DNA of 64,000 bases from Candidatus Aenigmatarchaeota archaeon (GTDB taxonomy: Archaea > Aenigmatarchaeota > Aenigmatarchaeia > JACPZZ01): assembly GCA_016180965.1 (NCBI GenBank), contig JACPAF010000001.1:223513-287512 (forward strand), read 5' to 3'. The translations under genes and the position numbers were made by a program. Below are positions 36,371-45,281 of this stretch, in pieces (position 1 is the first letter of the stretch; every line of letters starts with the position of its first letter). The notes under the pieces were generated by a model, which saw nothing but the letters and a program-made list of their open reading frames with translations, ran no database searches and was not told the DNA's origin.

Positions 36371-37561
36371 ATGAAAACTCCTACAGTTAAAACAAGTTTA
36401 TTCGTTCTAAGTTCAATTTTTGTGATGTTTTTATTTTCTTTTCTTGCTTATTCCGGCGCGGGTGTTGGCAGTTCCATGGTTGCGGATGTAAGTTTTACAG
36501 CAGATGAAACTTCGCAACAAAAACAGGCCGCAGATTCATTCAACGCACTACAAAAATACAAGCCCGACCAGCAGGTTTTGATAAAAGTTAGAGGTTCTGT
36601 GGTCGGCTCGGGCAGCATATGGTATATGGGCGTCGGTTTGGTAAAAACAGGCGATGATAAATTTGTTTACAAATATTGGGTATCACCAAGCGGTGGCGCA
36701 GTTGATACTTCTTCGGCCGTTACGCCAGAAGCTTTGGCTAAATGCCCGGGCGATGGAAAAGATTGTACGATGACCATAAAATTACCCGGCACGGCTTCAC
36801 AATATGCCGGGATGGAAGTAATACCATTTTTAAGCGGTTTCCTAGACGGGAAACAAACATCGAATGCGCAATTTGGAAGCTATTATGTAATACGTGTCCA
36901 GGGCGCGGTTGTTGATCTTGGAAAACTCGGGATAACGGTTCCAAATGAAAAACCTACGGTTACAGTTAAAGCAGAGAGAAATGCGATATACACAGATGAA
37001 AAGGTGAAGATTATGGTCGAGGCGAAAGCGTCTGACGGGGATATCAGGTCCATATCCGTGGATGTGCCCACTCAGGCCAATTCGAAGCAAATTTACGATT
37101 GCAACAATAAAGAAAGAAGTTTGTGCAAACATGATTTTTTAGTTCCTCTAAAATCTGTGGGTGATTTAACTGTGATGGCAAAGGCTGTTGATTTGAGAGA
37201 TTCTGAATCCGACTCAAACGGTGTTACAATATCGGTCCAGAACAGGGTCAGCGTAGTGGAAGGATTTAACACTTTTGTGGTTGGAGGAAGCAGTTCTGAC
37301 GGAGCCTTGTTCAGGTCTTGGTTATCCATGAAACAGGACGAAAATAAGAGGACGTTCGGCACAACAGACGTTTATTTGTGGGAGATTCCCGGTGCCACAC
37401 AATGTGGCTGGGAGCAAAGCACGTTTGCAGCTCTCGGGTCCAATTTTGTCTGGAAAAGAATAGATATGCTATACAAGTTAAATTCAGATGATAAGGCGCT
37501 TGCGGTTTATTGCGTGAAAAGTAAATATGTTTATTCAGGTTCTGGCGACGAGGATTATTAA
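36371..37561 (+). CDS. secreted protein with Sec-type signal peptide, beta-rich (Ig-like) domains
   Basis: MKTPTVKTSLFVLSSIFVMFLFSFLAYSGAG, then a Thr/Ser/Val-rich beta-strand pattern. 396 aa. Confidence 0.5.
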   Translation: MKTPTVKTSLFVLSSIFVMFLFSFLAYSGAGVGSSMVADVSFTADETSQQKQAADSFNALQKYKPDQQVLIKVRGSVVGSGSIWYMGVGLVKTGDDKFVYKYWVSPSGGAVDTSSAVTPEALAKCPGDGKDCTMTIKLPGTASQYAGMEVIPFLSGFLDGKQTSNAQFGSYYVIRVQGAVVDLGKLGITVPNEKPTVTVKAERNAIYTDEKVKIMVEAKASDGDIRSISVDVPTQANSKQIYDCNNKERSLCKHDFLVPLKSVGDLTVMAKAVDLRDSESDSNGVTISVQNRVSVVEGFNTFVVGGSSSDGALFRSWLSMKQDENKRTFGTTDVYLWEIPGATQCGWEQSTFAALGSNFVWKRIDMLYKLNSDDKALAVYCVKSKYVYSGSGDEDY

Positions 37562-37634
37562 GACAATTTATAGGAATAATTTTCCGCAAGGAGTTTTTAT
37601 TCTTGGAATTAACTATTGTCCGTTTGTTAAATAT

Positions 37635-38807
37635 TCAGAGAATTAATTTCATCATATTCTGATATTTTTTTGTTTTTAGCGCGGATTTCTCGTCGTATTT
37701 TTTCGTATCCGAAGATTTTATCCCGTCGCCGCAAATTACGAACGGGACTGGTTCTATGGAGTGCTCATAACCTTTTGACAGCGAATTGGAATAATGGTCG
37801 CTTGTTACTGCTACGATAACATTGTTCAGGTCTATGTTGTCTAATAATTTTCTAACAACCATTTTATCGAAACGCTCGATAAATGCGGTTTTCTCGTCGC
37901 GTTTTTTGTCGTGCGACAGGGTGTCGAAAGCGTTAACGTGCAATAGGACGAAATCGTATTTGTTCAGCGCCTCAAGCGTTGCGTCGGTTTTGCTGTTTAA
38001 ATCCGTGTCTTCGAGACTTGTAGCGTCGGGTGGCCTGATGAAGTCCATGCTTAGGAATTTGGCTATTCCGGTTAACGTGCTGTGCGCCCCGATCACGCAA
38101 GCCTTTTTGTTGTAGCGCTGTTCGAAGCTTTGGGTTTTCGTCGGATGGCCGACGTTCCTTATCAGAATTGTGTTGGCGGGAATTTTCCTTTTCTTGTTTA
38201 TCAGGTGTTCATCGAGGATTTTTGTAGCCTTCCTTAAAAATTTGTTCAAAGCGCTCGCGGTTATTTTTCCTTTCGGAGTTTTTGGTGTTATCTGGCTCAC
38301 AGCTACGTTTGTTTTTTTCGGGTCGTTGCCTGTGATGTTCCAGGATAATGGTTTTCCTTCTAAATGATGCATGACGATAATTAATCTGTGTCCGAGAGCG
38401 CGTGTTGCGTTGAACCTGATATTGTCGATTTCTATGTTGTCTATGGATTTAACCAATTCTTTTAAACCAGTTTCGTCTCTTCCAGCGCGGCGATCTACTA
38501 ACATCCCTTCACGGTTTAAAGTTGCGAAATTTGCGCGGAAGCACACATCGCCTTTGAGAATTTCCATGTCTGTGCTTAACGCCTCGATGTAGCCGCGGCC
38601 AGGATAGGATTCGTCATAACAGCCGAGAATTTTTAAAACGCCTTCATCCGTGTCTGCGGTTTTTTTATATTTCAGGTCCAATTGTCCTACGAAACCGTTT
38701 TGTGCAAGAAAATCCAAGCCTGGGTGATAAGCTGTGTATAATGGCGTGTTGCCTTCGCTGTCCGGAGAGTCGGGCATGCCGTCGCAGATTATGAGCAGGG
38801 TTTTCAT
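37635..38807 (-). CDS. apgM: 2,3-bisphosphoglycerate-independent phosphoglycerate mutase, archaeal type
   Basis: MKTLLIICDGMPD N-terminus, about 390 aa, overall aPGM similarity. Confidence 0.75.
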   Translation of the reverse strand: MKTLLIICDGMPDSPDSEGNTPLYTAYHPGLDFLAQNGFVGQLDLKYKKTADTDEGVLKILGCYDESYPGRGYIEALSTDMEILKGDVCFRANFATLNREGMLVDRRAGRDETGLKELVKSIDNIEIDNIRFNATRALGHRLIIVMHHLEGKPLSWNITGNDPKKTNVAVSQITPKTPKGKITASALNKFLRKATKILDEHLINKKRKIPANTILIRNVGHPTKTQSFEQRYNKKACVIGAHSTLTGIAKFLSMDFIRPPDATSLEDTDLNSKTDATLEALNKYDFVLLHVNAFDTLSHDKKRDEKTAFIERFDKMVVRKLLDNIDLNNVIVAVTSDHYSNSLSKGYEHSIEPVPFVICGDGIKSSDTKKYDEKSALKTKKYQNMMKLIL

Positions 38808-38899
38808 ATGACCTTTTAATAAAAGGTCAATCAAAAAGATAAGCGTATTAAAGCCTGGGGTTGAATACTAGCTTGATGCTAATCAATCTCAGTTTAACG

Positions 38900-39631
38900 A
38901 TGAAAAGCGGGCAAACCCCGGAATTTGTCTGGAGTGAGAAAGACGGGAATTTTTCCAGGCTGGTCGGCGGAAAGCTTTGCGAGATATGGCATGACGGCGA
39001 ATTGCATTTCACAAAGGGCTTCGAAGATTATGTTATGGAACTTTTGAGGAAAGACGATGATTTGGAAAAAATATATGAAAAAATAAACACAGACGAAGTT
39101 ATGAATAATGCAATAAAGAAGTATCGCGGTTTGCGCATAACGAAAAGCGACCCTTGGGAAACCACAGTTTCCTTCATTTGTTCTGTGAATAACAATATCA
39201 AACGAATACGGAAAAATGTGCAATCCTTGATGGTAAACGGAAATGTAATGACTCCGCAGGAAATATCGGACGCGGACATAAACCATGCACGCCTTGGATT
39301 CCGCGAGAAATTTTTAAAGAAAACTTCCGAAGCGATAATGGGCGGGCATTCGATTGAAGAAATTAAAAATATGAATTACGACACGGCTTTGGCACATCTC
39401 ACAAAACTTCACGGCATAGGCGATAAGGTAGCGAATTGCGTCTTGTTGTTCGGATACGGATTTTTGGAATCGTTTCCGATCGATACGTGGATACGCAAGA
39501 TAATGGTAAAAAATTATTTTGAAGGCAAGAAAACAAACGATAAAAAAATACGGGAATTTGCGCAGGCGCGCTGGGGAAAATATGCGGGTTATGCCAACCA
39601 ATATTTATTCTGTTATGCACGGGGACTTTGA
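38900..39631 (+). CDS. ogg: 8-oxoguanine DNA glycosylase/AP lyase (HhH-GPD, Ogg-type)
   Basis: LTKLHGIGDKVANCVLLFGYG...FPIDTWIRKIM (helix-hairpin-helix plus catalytic Lys/Asp). ATG 38900 is in frame with the TTG at 38861. Confidence 0.65.
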   Translation: MKSGQTPEFVWSEKDGNFSRLVGGKLCEIWHDGELHFTKGFEDYVMELLRKDDDLEKIYEKINTDEVMNNAIKKYRGLRITKSDPWETTVSFICSVNNNIKRIRKNVQSLMVNGNVMTPQEISDADINHARLGFREKFLKKTSEAIMGGHSIEEIKNMNYDTALAHLTKLHGIGDKVANCVLLFGYGFLESFPIDTWIRKIMVKNYFEGKKTNDKKIREFAQARWGKYAGYANQYLFCYARGL

Positions 39632-40071
39632 TGATATACCGTGAGAAACCCAAAGGATTTTCTTCTTCATCCCATTTTGTAGTTGGTTGCATTATTTGGG
39701 TTGATAAAAAAATGCTTCTGTTAAAAAGGGGTTCTGAGAAAACTTATCCAAATAAATGGGGCTTGCCCGGAGGAAAAGTTAACAAAGGAGAATCAACCGC
39801 AGACGCGGTGATACGCGAGGTGAAAGAAGAAACCGGAATTTCCTTATCGGCTGGCGAATTAAAATCAAATAGAATTTATTATGTAGTTCAAGACTATTTA
39901 AATTTTGTTTATGTTTTGTATATCAGCAAACTCGACGGCGTAAGTGAAATTAAATTGAACCCAAGGGAACACACAAATTATCATTGGTGCACGATAGAAG
40001 ATGTGTTTAAAATAAATTTGATGCCTGACACAGCGGATTGTATTAAGGATGTTATTTCGTTTCTTGATTAG
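39631..40071 (+). CDS. Nudix hydrolase
   Basis: Nudix box GLPGGKVNKGESTADAVIREVKEETGI. Confidence 0.75.
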   Translation: MIYREKPKGFSSSSHFVVGCIIWVDKKMLLLKRGSEKTYPNKWGLPGGKVNKGESTADAVIREVKEETGISLSAGELKSNRIYYVVQDYLNFVYVLYISKLDGVSEIKLNPREHTNYHWCTIEDVFKINLMPDTADCIKDVISFLD

Positions 40072-40096
40072 CGGTTAGAATCACATCGAGGAAACT

Positions 40097-40170
40097 GAAA
40101 CATACGCTAGACAGTTAGAAGCATACCGATACAGTATACGGTATGCTTCAGTCTACGATGCGTATGTTTC
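40097..40170 (+). repeat. nested double hairpin: outer GAAACATACGC/GCGTATGTTTC, inner GAAGCATACCG-atacagtata-CGGTATGCTTC; followed by TAGCAACCC
   Basis: Perfect 11 bp inner and outer stems. Lies between convergent genes (Nudix + strand, SIS-like - strand). Confidence 0.55.
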
Positions 40171-40223
40171 TAGCAACCCGTGCTTCAGTTTATGGCGGTA
40201 TGATTCCAGTTGCAATGTCGACC

Positions 40224-40254
40224 GAAGCATATGCATACGAATAGCATATGCTTC
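40224..40254 (+). repeat. hairpin GAAGCATATGC-atacgaata-GCATATGCTTC
   Basis: Perfect 11 bp stem, 54 nt after the nested hairpin. Confidence 0.55.
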
Positions 40255-40263
40255 TCGTTACGA

Positions 40264-41112
40264 CTACCACACCTTGTTGAATTTCCAGCCGAGCTTTTGC
40301 GCATTTGATGTGTAATTTTTCATTATGTTTTCCATATCCGACGAGGTTTGGTTTTTCCCTATAATGTAATATGCGCACATTATCAGTCCTAGGTATGAGT
40401 CCATTTTTATTTTGTAAACGTTTTTGGTTCCGGTGTCGCAGTTCATGCAAAAATCCAAGCGGTCGTCGTTTGCGTGGAGAAGCATTCCGTGTTGTGCGGT
40501 TGATAGACCTTCACCGGCCGAGCCTAAACCAGCCAACGATTCGCCCACCTTCCTTGCAGACATTATCGCGGGCAGTTCGTATTTGTCCTCTGAAATGAAA
40601 AAAATGAATTTATATTTTCTGAGATCCGGCAGTTCCAAGTTTTTTATGTTTTCTTTTATATCGCCGACGTTTTCTTTCATTATCGCGTATATCATGGATG
40701 CGTATGTGCTCACGTTGTATGTCGGCGGTTCGTTGAACGAAGGAAAAATAAATATGTTTTCTTTTGGGAGGAATTCGCCGGCGGGAGGGTTGGGGTTGCA
40801 AGTCATTAAGTTGAAATTGAAACCGTTTTGTTTCAAGAACGAGGCCATGTTTATACCATCTTTGCCTCCGGAAGCGTTGATTATGCTTATTGAGGCGAAG
40901 TCCGAGGCGTGCCTGGATGATAAATATTCCTTGTAATTCGCCACGCTAACTGCGTTTCCGCCGAATTTCTTGGCAAATATGCCGGCCACGTTAGATGCGT
41001 TTCCGCTTCCAAGAAACAGGTTTTTGTTATCACGTTTCAACGGCAATGACGGGTAAGGCCAAGCTTCCAAGTTGTCAAGAGTTTTCATAACATACTGGTC
41101 GAGCGTTTCCAT
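40264..41112 (-). CDS. hypothetical protein, possibly SIS-domain sugar-phosphate binding
   Basis: NLFLGSGNASNVAGIFAKKF resembles the SIS-domain phosphate-binding loop. Weak. Confidence 0.3.
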   Translation of the reverse strand: METLDQYVMKTLDNLEAWPYPSLPLKRDNKNLFLGSGNASNVAGIFAKKFGGNAVSVANYKEYLSSRHASDFASISIINASGGKDGINMASFLKQNGFNFNLMTCNPNPPAGEFLPKENIFIFPSFNEPPTYNVSTYASMIYAIMKENVGDIKENIKNLELPDLRKYKFIFFISEDKYELPAIMSARKVGESLAGLGSAGEGLSTAQHGMLLHANDDRLDFCMNCDTGTKNVYKIKMDSYLGLIMCAYYIIGKNQTSSDMENIMKNYTSNAQKLGWKFNKVW

Positions 41113-41155
41113 GGTTGAGTATTACGTTGCCGAAGTTTAAATATCCTACTTTATC

Positions 41156-42715
41156 CTACCTTTCCAGAACAAAGAATTTCTTGTGGTTTTCGCCGTCCGG
41201 CACCTTTTCTATGAACATGCGGTCTTTCATTTTCGCGTAGACTCCTACAGGGTTCAGGCTTTCAGCGAGCCTAATAGCGTTGTGAAGCTTTCTGTCATCC
41301 TCGGCGTAAACTTCCATGATCACTTCCCCGTTTTTTACAGTATCGCCTATTTTTTTCCTGAACAAAACGCCCGCGCCCCTGTCTTTCGGAGTGCCTGCTT
41401 CACGCGAAATTTTTACAATATCGTGGTTGGCTATCCACCATATTGTTCCGCTGGTCTTGCTTTTTATTTCTGCTACATGCGATCCTACCTCTATGTCGCT
41501 TGGTTTTATTTTTGAATCGCCTCCCTGTTCGCCTATGATTTGTCTCAATTTGCGTTCTGCGGAACCGGATTTCAGAAGTTTGTAGGCAAGATCCTTGCCG
41601 TTTTTTTCGCCGGCCATTTCCAGCAGGACGCCTGCCACGCTCACGGCTTTTTCCACGAGGTCCGGAGACGATGAAATGTTGGATATTGTGCTGAGAGCTT
41701 CGCGTGCCTCCAGCGCAGGCCCGACACCGTAGCCGATGGGCTGTTCACCGAATGTCAGCACACAGTTGACGATTATGCCCATATTTTTTCCGAGTTCGAT
41801 GAAATTTTTTGCCAGCGATTGGGCTTCGCCTATGGTTTTTAATTTTGACCCTCGGCCTGTTGGCATATCGATTACTACATGGGTTGAACCGGCGGCCTTT
41901 TTCTTTGACATGACCGACGGCAACAGCAAAGGATCTATTGACAATGGGTATTCAACCTGTATGAACATGTCATCTGCCGGCGCCAAATCAACTGCGCCGC
42001 CCCACGCCAGGCATCCGTTTGTTTTTTCTACGGTGCGTAATATTTCGTCTACGCTTAACGTGACGGGGCATAAACATTCCACGCGGTCTGCGGTCCCGGC
42101 AGGCGATGTGATTGCACGGGAACTGGTTTTTGGTATTTTGTAACCGGCTGCGGCTATGATTGGTACGACTAACATAGTTGTTTTATCTCCTGGTACGCCT
42201 CCGAGGCTGTGCTTGTCTAAAATCATTTTTCCTTTTATCCCGAGTGTTTTTCCGGTTTCTGCCATTGATGCCGATAATGCAACAGTCTCGTCCATGGAAA
42301 GCCCGTTGAAATGCAACGATGATACGAACGCGGTCAATTCGATGTCCGATAATTTTCTATCTACGGTGTCTTTTACTATTGTGAACATTTCCTGTTTGTT
42401 GAGGCGTGCGCCGTTCATTTTTTTCGTTATAAACTCAAGCGAACGCGGGGCTTCTGCCGGGGACACGTTGGCAGGGTCGCCCGTTTTTATTGAAAGCGCC
42501 TCTTCGACTTCTTTATAGAGCCCGATGGAGCCTTTACCGACCCAGGTTTTTGATATATCTACGACACATATTGCTTCGCGGTTATTGAAAGAAACCTTTA
42601 CGCGGTCGGTCGAATGTATCCCCATTTCCGCGGCATCGAGATAATTTAACATTACTACAAGGACGCTTCCGGATTCTATACCAGTCAATTTCGATTTTAG
42701 CTGCATGCCAATCAC
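41156..42715 (-). CDS. deoA: AMP phosphorylase / thymidine-phosphorylase-family protein
   Basis: 519 aa. GYKIPKTSSRAITSPAGTADRVE phosphorylase signature. N-terminal extension typical of archaeal AMPpase. Confidence 0.75.
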   Translation of the reverse strand: MIGMQLKSKLTGIESGSVLVVMLNYLDAAEMGIHSTDRVKVSFNNREAICVVDISKTWVGKGSIGLYKEVEEALSIKTGDPANVSPAEAPRSLEFITKKMNGARLNKQEMFTIVKDTVDRKLSDIELTAFVSSLHFNGLSMDETVALSASMAETGKTLGIKGKMILDKHSLGGVPGDKTTMLVVPIIAAAGYKIPKTSSRAITSPAGTADRVECLCPVTLSVDEILRTVEKTNGCLAWGGAVDLAPADDMFIQVEYPLSIDPLLLPSVMSKKKAAGSTHVVIDMPTGRGSKLKTIGEAQSLAKNFIELGKNMGIIVNCVLTFGEQPIGYGVGPALEAREALSTISNISSSPDLVEKAVSVAGVLLEMAGEKNGKDLAYKLLKSGSAERKLRQIIGEQGGDSKIKPSDIEVGSHVAEIKSKTSGTIWWIANHDIVKISREAGTPKDRGAGVLFRKKIGDTVKNGEVIMEVYAEDDRKLHNAIRLAESLNPVGVYAKMKDRMFIEKVPDGENHKKFFVLER

Positions 42716-43599
42716 TTTTCAAGGAATCTGTAAACGCTTTGCGGCGGTATTATGCCCAATTCGGTTATTATTCCGTTTATTCTATCCGCCGAGATAACAT
42801 CGAATGCGGGATTTCTTACCTTTACGCCTTTGATTTTTTTTGTTAGGATTTCCTTGGCGGGACGCTCTTCGATAGGTTCTAAAAAACCTTTCGCAGTCTC
42901 CGGGTCTATCTTATGGGTCGCGGCCGCAACGTAGAAAGGTTTTTTTTGCTCTTCCGCAATCAATGCTATTGTTGAAGAGCCGATTTTGTTGACTACGTCC
43001 CCGGTCGATGTTATCGCGTCTGCCCCCACAATTACCAGTTCGCATTTTTTAATGAAAGTCCTGGCAGCGGAATCTACGATCAGAGTCACGGGTATGTGCA
43101 TTTCCGCAACTTGACCCGCAGTTAACAATCCTTGGTTTAACGGGCGCGTTTCCGTGCATATTACTTTGAATTTCTTGCCGTCCATTTTTGCGCGCCGGAA
43201 TATTTCCATAACTGTGTTGGAATGGCAATGCGTGAACACGGTCGCGTTGTTCGGTATGCGCCTTGCCCCTATCTCCCCGATCTTTGTTATCGTGTTTTCG
43301 ATGTTTTCGGAGAAATTTTTAATTTCGTCAGACAACATTTTTTTGATTTGCTGTACATCTGCAGCTTTGTAAATCCTTCTAAGGACAAAACTTATTGAAT
43401 TTCTTAAAGCCGGTTCTGTGGGCCTTGCCGACGCGACTGTCCTGGATTTTGCTTTTAATTTATTTATAAAACTTTTTTTATCCCCGGATTTTATCTCCGA
43501 TGCATAAAGGTTAATCGCATTTAGCCCGGCGATTGCAACGTTTTTTGCACCCTGTATTTCGAGAGATTTTATTTTTTTTACGAGTGTTTCGGCGTCCAT
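42712..43599 (-). CDS. ribose-1,5-bisphosphate isomerase (eIF-2B alpha/beta/delta family)
   Basis: 295 aa e2b2-family protein (VIVGADAITSTGDVVNKIGSSTIAL), overlapping deoA by 4 nt. This is the classic archaeal AMP-salvage gene pair. Confidence 0.6.
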   Translation of the reverse strand: MDAETLVKKIKSLEIQGAKNVAIAGLNAINLYASEIKSGDKKSFINKLKAKSRTVASARPTEPALRNSISFVLRRIYKAADVQQIKKMLSDEIKNFSENIENTITKIGEIGARRIPNNATVFTHCHSNTVMEIFRRAKMDGKKFKVICTETRPLNQGLLTAGQVAEMHIPVTLIVDSAARTFIKKCELVIVGADAITSTGDVVNKIGSSTIALIAEEQKKPFYVAAATHKIDPETAKGFLEPIEERPAKEILTKKIKGVKVRNPAFDVISADRINGIITELGIIPPQSVYRFLEK

Positions 43600-43633
43600 A
43601 GTATTAATTGGGCGGGTTCACATAAAGCTATTC

Positions 43634-44254
43634 ATGGACGCGGCCAAAAATGCCAAAGACAAGCTCATAGAAGAGCTTCGGTCGGAGGGATATATAAAAA
43701 GCGGACGCGTTTTGGAGGCCTTCAAAAAAATAGACCGCGCGCATTTTGTTTTGGATGTGCATAAGAAGGCTGCTTATTCAGACTATCCGTTACCGATACC
43801 GGGCAATGCAACTATTTCCGCCCCGCATATGCATGCCATACAACTTGGGCTAATTCGCCTAAAAGAAAACGATGACGTTCTTGAAGTCGGGTTCGGCTCG
43901 GGAATATTGCTGGCTTATATCAGCCAAATGACAGCAGGCAGGATAGTGGGCACGGAGATAAACAAAGAAACGTTCGATTTTGGAAAAAAGAATTTGGAAC
44001 GCGCCGGTTTTGAAAATATAACATTGTTGAACGAAGATGCCATCCGATCTTCCGTAGGCAAGTTTGATAAAATAGTGGTTAGCGCGGCCGCGAAATCGAT
44101 ACCAAAAAAATTGATTGACATGTTGAAAGACGGAGGCCTAATGATAATTCCTGTGGGAGAGTATTTACAGAGGCTTTTTGTGCTGGAAAAGAAAAACGGA
44201 AAAATTACAAGACGGGACGCCGGCGGAGTGGCGTTTGTGCCTTTGACCAGCTAG
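43634..44254 (+). CDS. pcm: protein-L-isoaspartate O-methyltransferase
   Basis: VLEVGFGSGILLAYISQM SAM-binding motif. 206 aa. Confidence 0.8.
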   Translation: MDAAKNAKDKLIEELRSEGYIKSGRVLEAFKKIDRAHFVLDVHKKAAYSDYPLPIPGNATISAPHMHAIQLGLIRLKENDDVLEVGFGSGILLAYISQMTAGRIVGTEINKETFDFGKKNLERAGFENITLLNEDAIRSSVGKFDKIVVSAAAKSIPKKLIDMLKDGGLMIIPVGEYLQRLFVLEKKNGKITRRDAGGVAFVPLTS

Positions 44255-44276
44255 AATCATAGCTGCTTGAAACATT

Positions 44277-45195
44277 CTAGTTACCCGTTAGCCACGAACT
44301 TAACGTTTTGCGATTTCCCGGGGATTTTTTCTTAATGTTTTCAAGAACTTTTTCCACGCGCTCCTCGGAGAATGAATGCTCGGCGATCATCATGTTTTTT
44401 ATCCCTTCTTCGTTTGGTTTTGACCACCTTATCTCGTAGTTGTCTTCTACTGGTGGTTTGAGGAAAAAATCCAAGACCATTTGGGGGTCGTACGGGCTGA
44501 AATCTATTTCCATGAATATTTCGTCCGCACTTTTTGTGCGGACCAGTTGCAGCGCTTTTTTCGGCCCTATTCCTTTGATACCGCCGGGATTGAAATCTGT
44601 GCCGACCAGAATACCCAGCACGATTAATTTTTCCTGGGTCAGGCCGAGAGAGTTTAAATTTTTCCCCAATTCTATCATCTCCGGCTTCACTTCAATATAA
44701 GTTTCCTTGTTCGGCAGCTTTTTTCTTCCCGTTATTGTTAAATTCCGTACGAGTCTTGGAGACCCGAATAGGAGGGAATCGTAATCCTGCGACCCGGTCG
44801 CGAATGCGTCTCCGCGCTTTGTCATGTGTGCGGCCTGCGCTTCGGCTTCGCTCGGCGCCTGCATTATTGGAATTCCCATCAATTCAAGCAATTTTTTGGA
44901 TTCGGATACCATGTCCTTTGTCAATCTTGACGTTTTTGAATGCCGGCGGCTTGCCATCGAAAACGAAGATTGGCATTAGCCCGGCTTCGACAAATTTGGA
45001 AGTGCGGTAAAACAATCCGGACAGGTGCGAGGTTACGCGCCCGGCAGAATCCATTAAGGGGGTCCCATCGGGCTGCCTTATACTTGATAAAAACTGATAC
45101 AGTGTGTTGTAAGCGTCAATCGCTATCGTCTTGTTAACCAGGTTATCCAGTTCTATTTGTGTACGTTCCATTATGTTCGATATTTGTACGCCCAT
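44277..45195 (-). CDS. fen1: flap endonuclease FEN-1, disrupted: internal loss of the helical-cap segment and a frameshift at a 5-nt A/T run
   Basis: N-terminal [36 protein letters not shown]...[12 protein letters not shown] runs in one frame (track ORF 44884-45273). ...[32 protein letters not shown]...[11 protein letters not shown] continues in another (44277-44957). Only about 6 aa separate FDGKPP from LTKDMV, versus about 45 in M. jannaschii FEN-1. Confidence 0.8.
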
Positions 45196-45281
45196 TGAAC
45201 CACCTTGATTTTGTATTATGCCAAACCGGTTTATAAGCCCCATCACGTGCGGGATATTAAAAAGCCAGCACAAGTTATATT

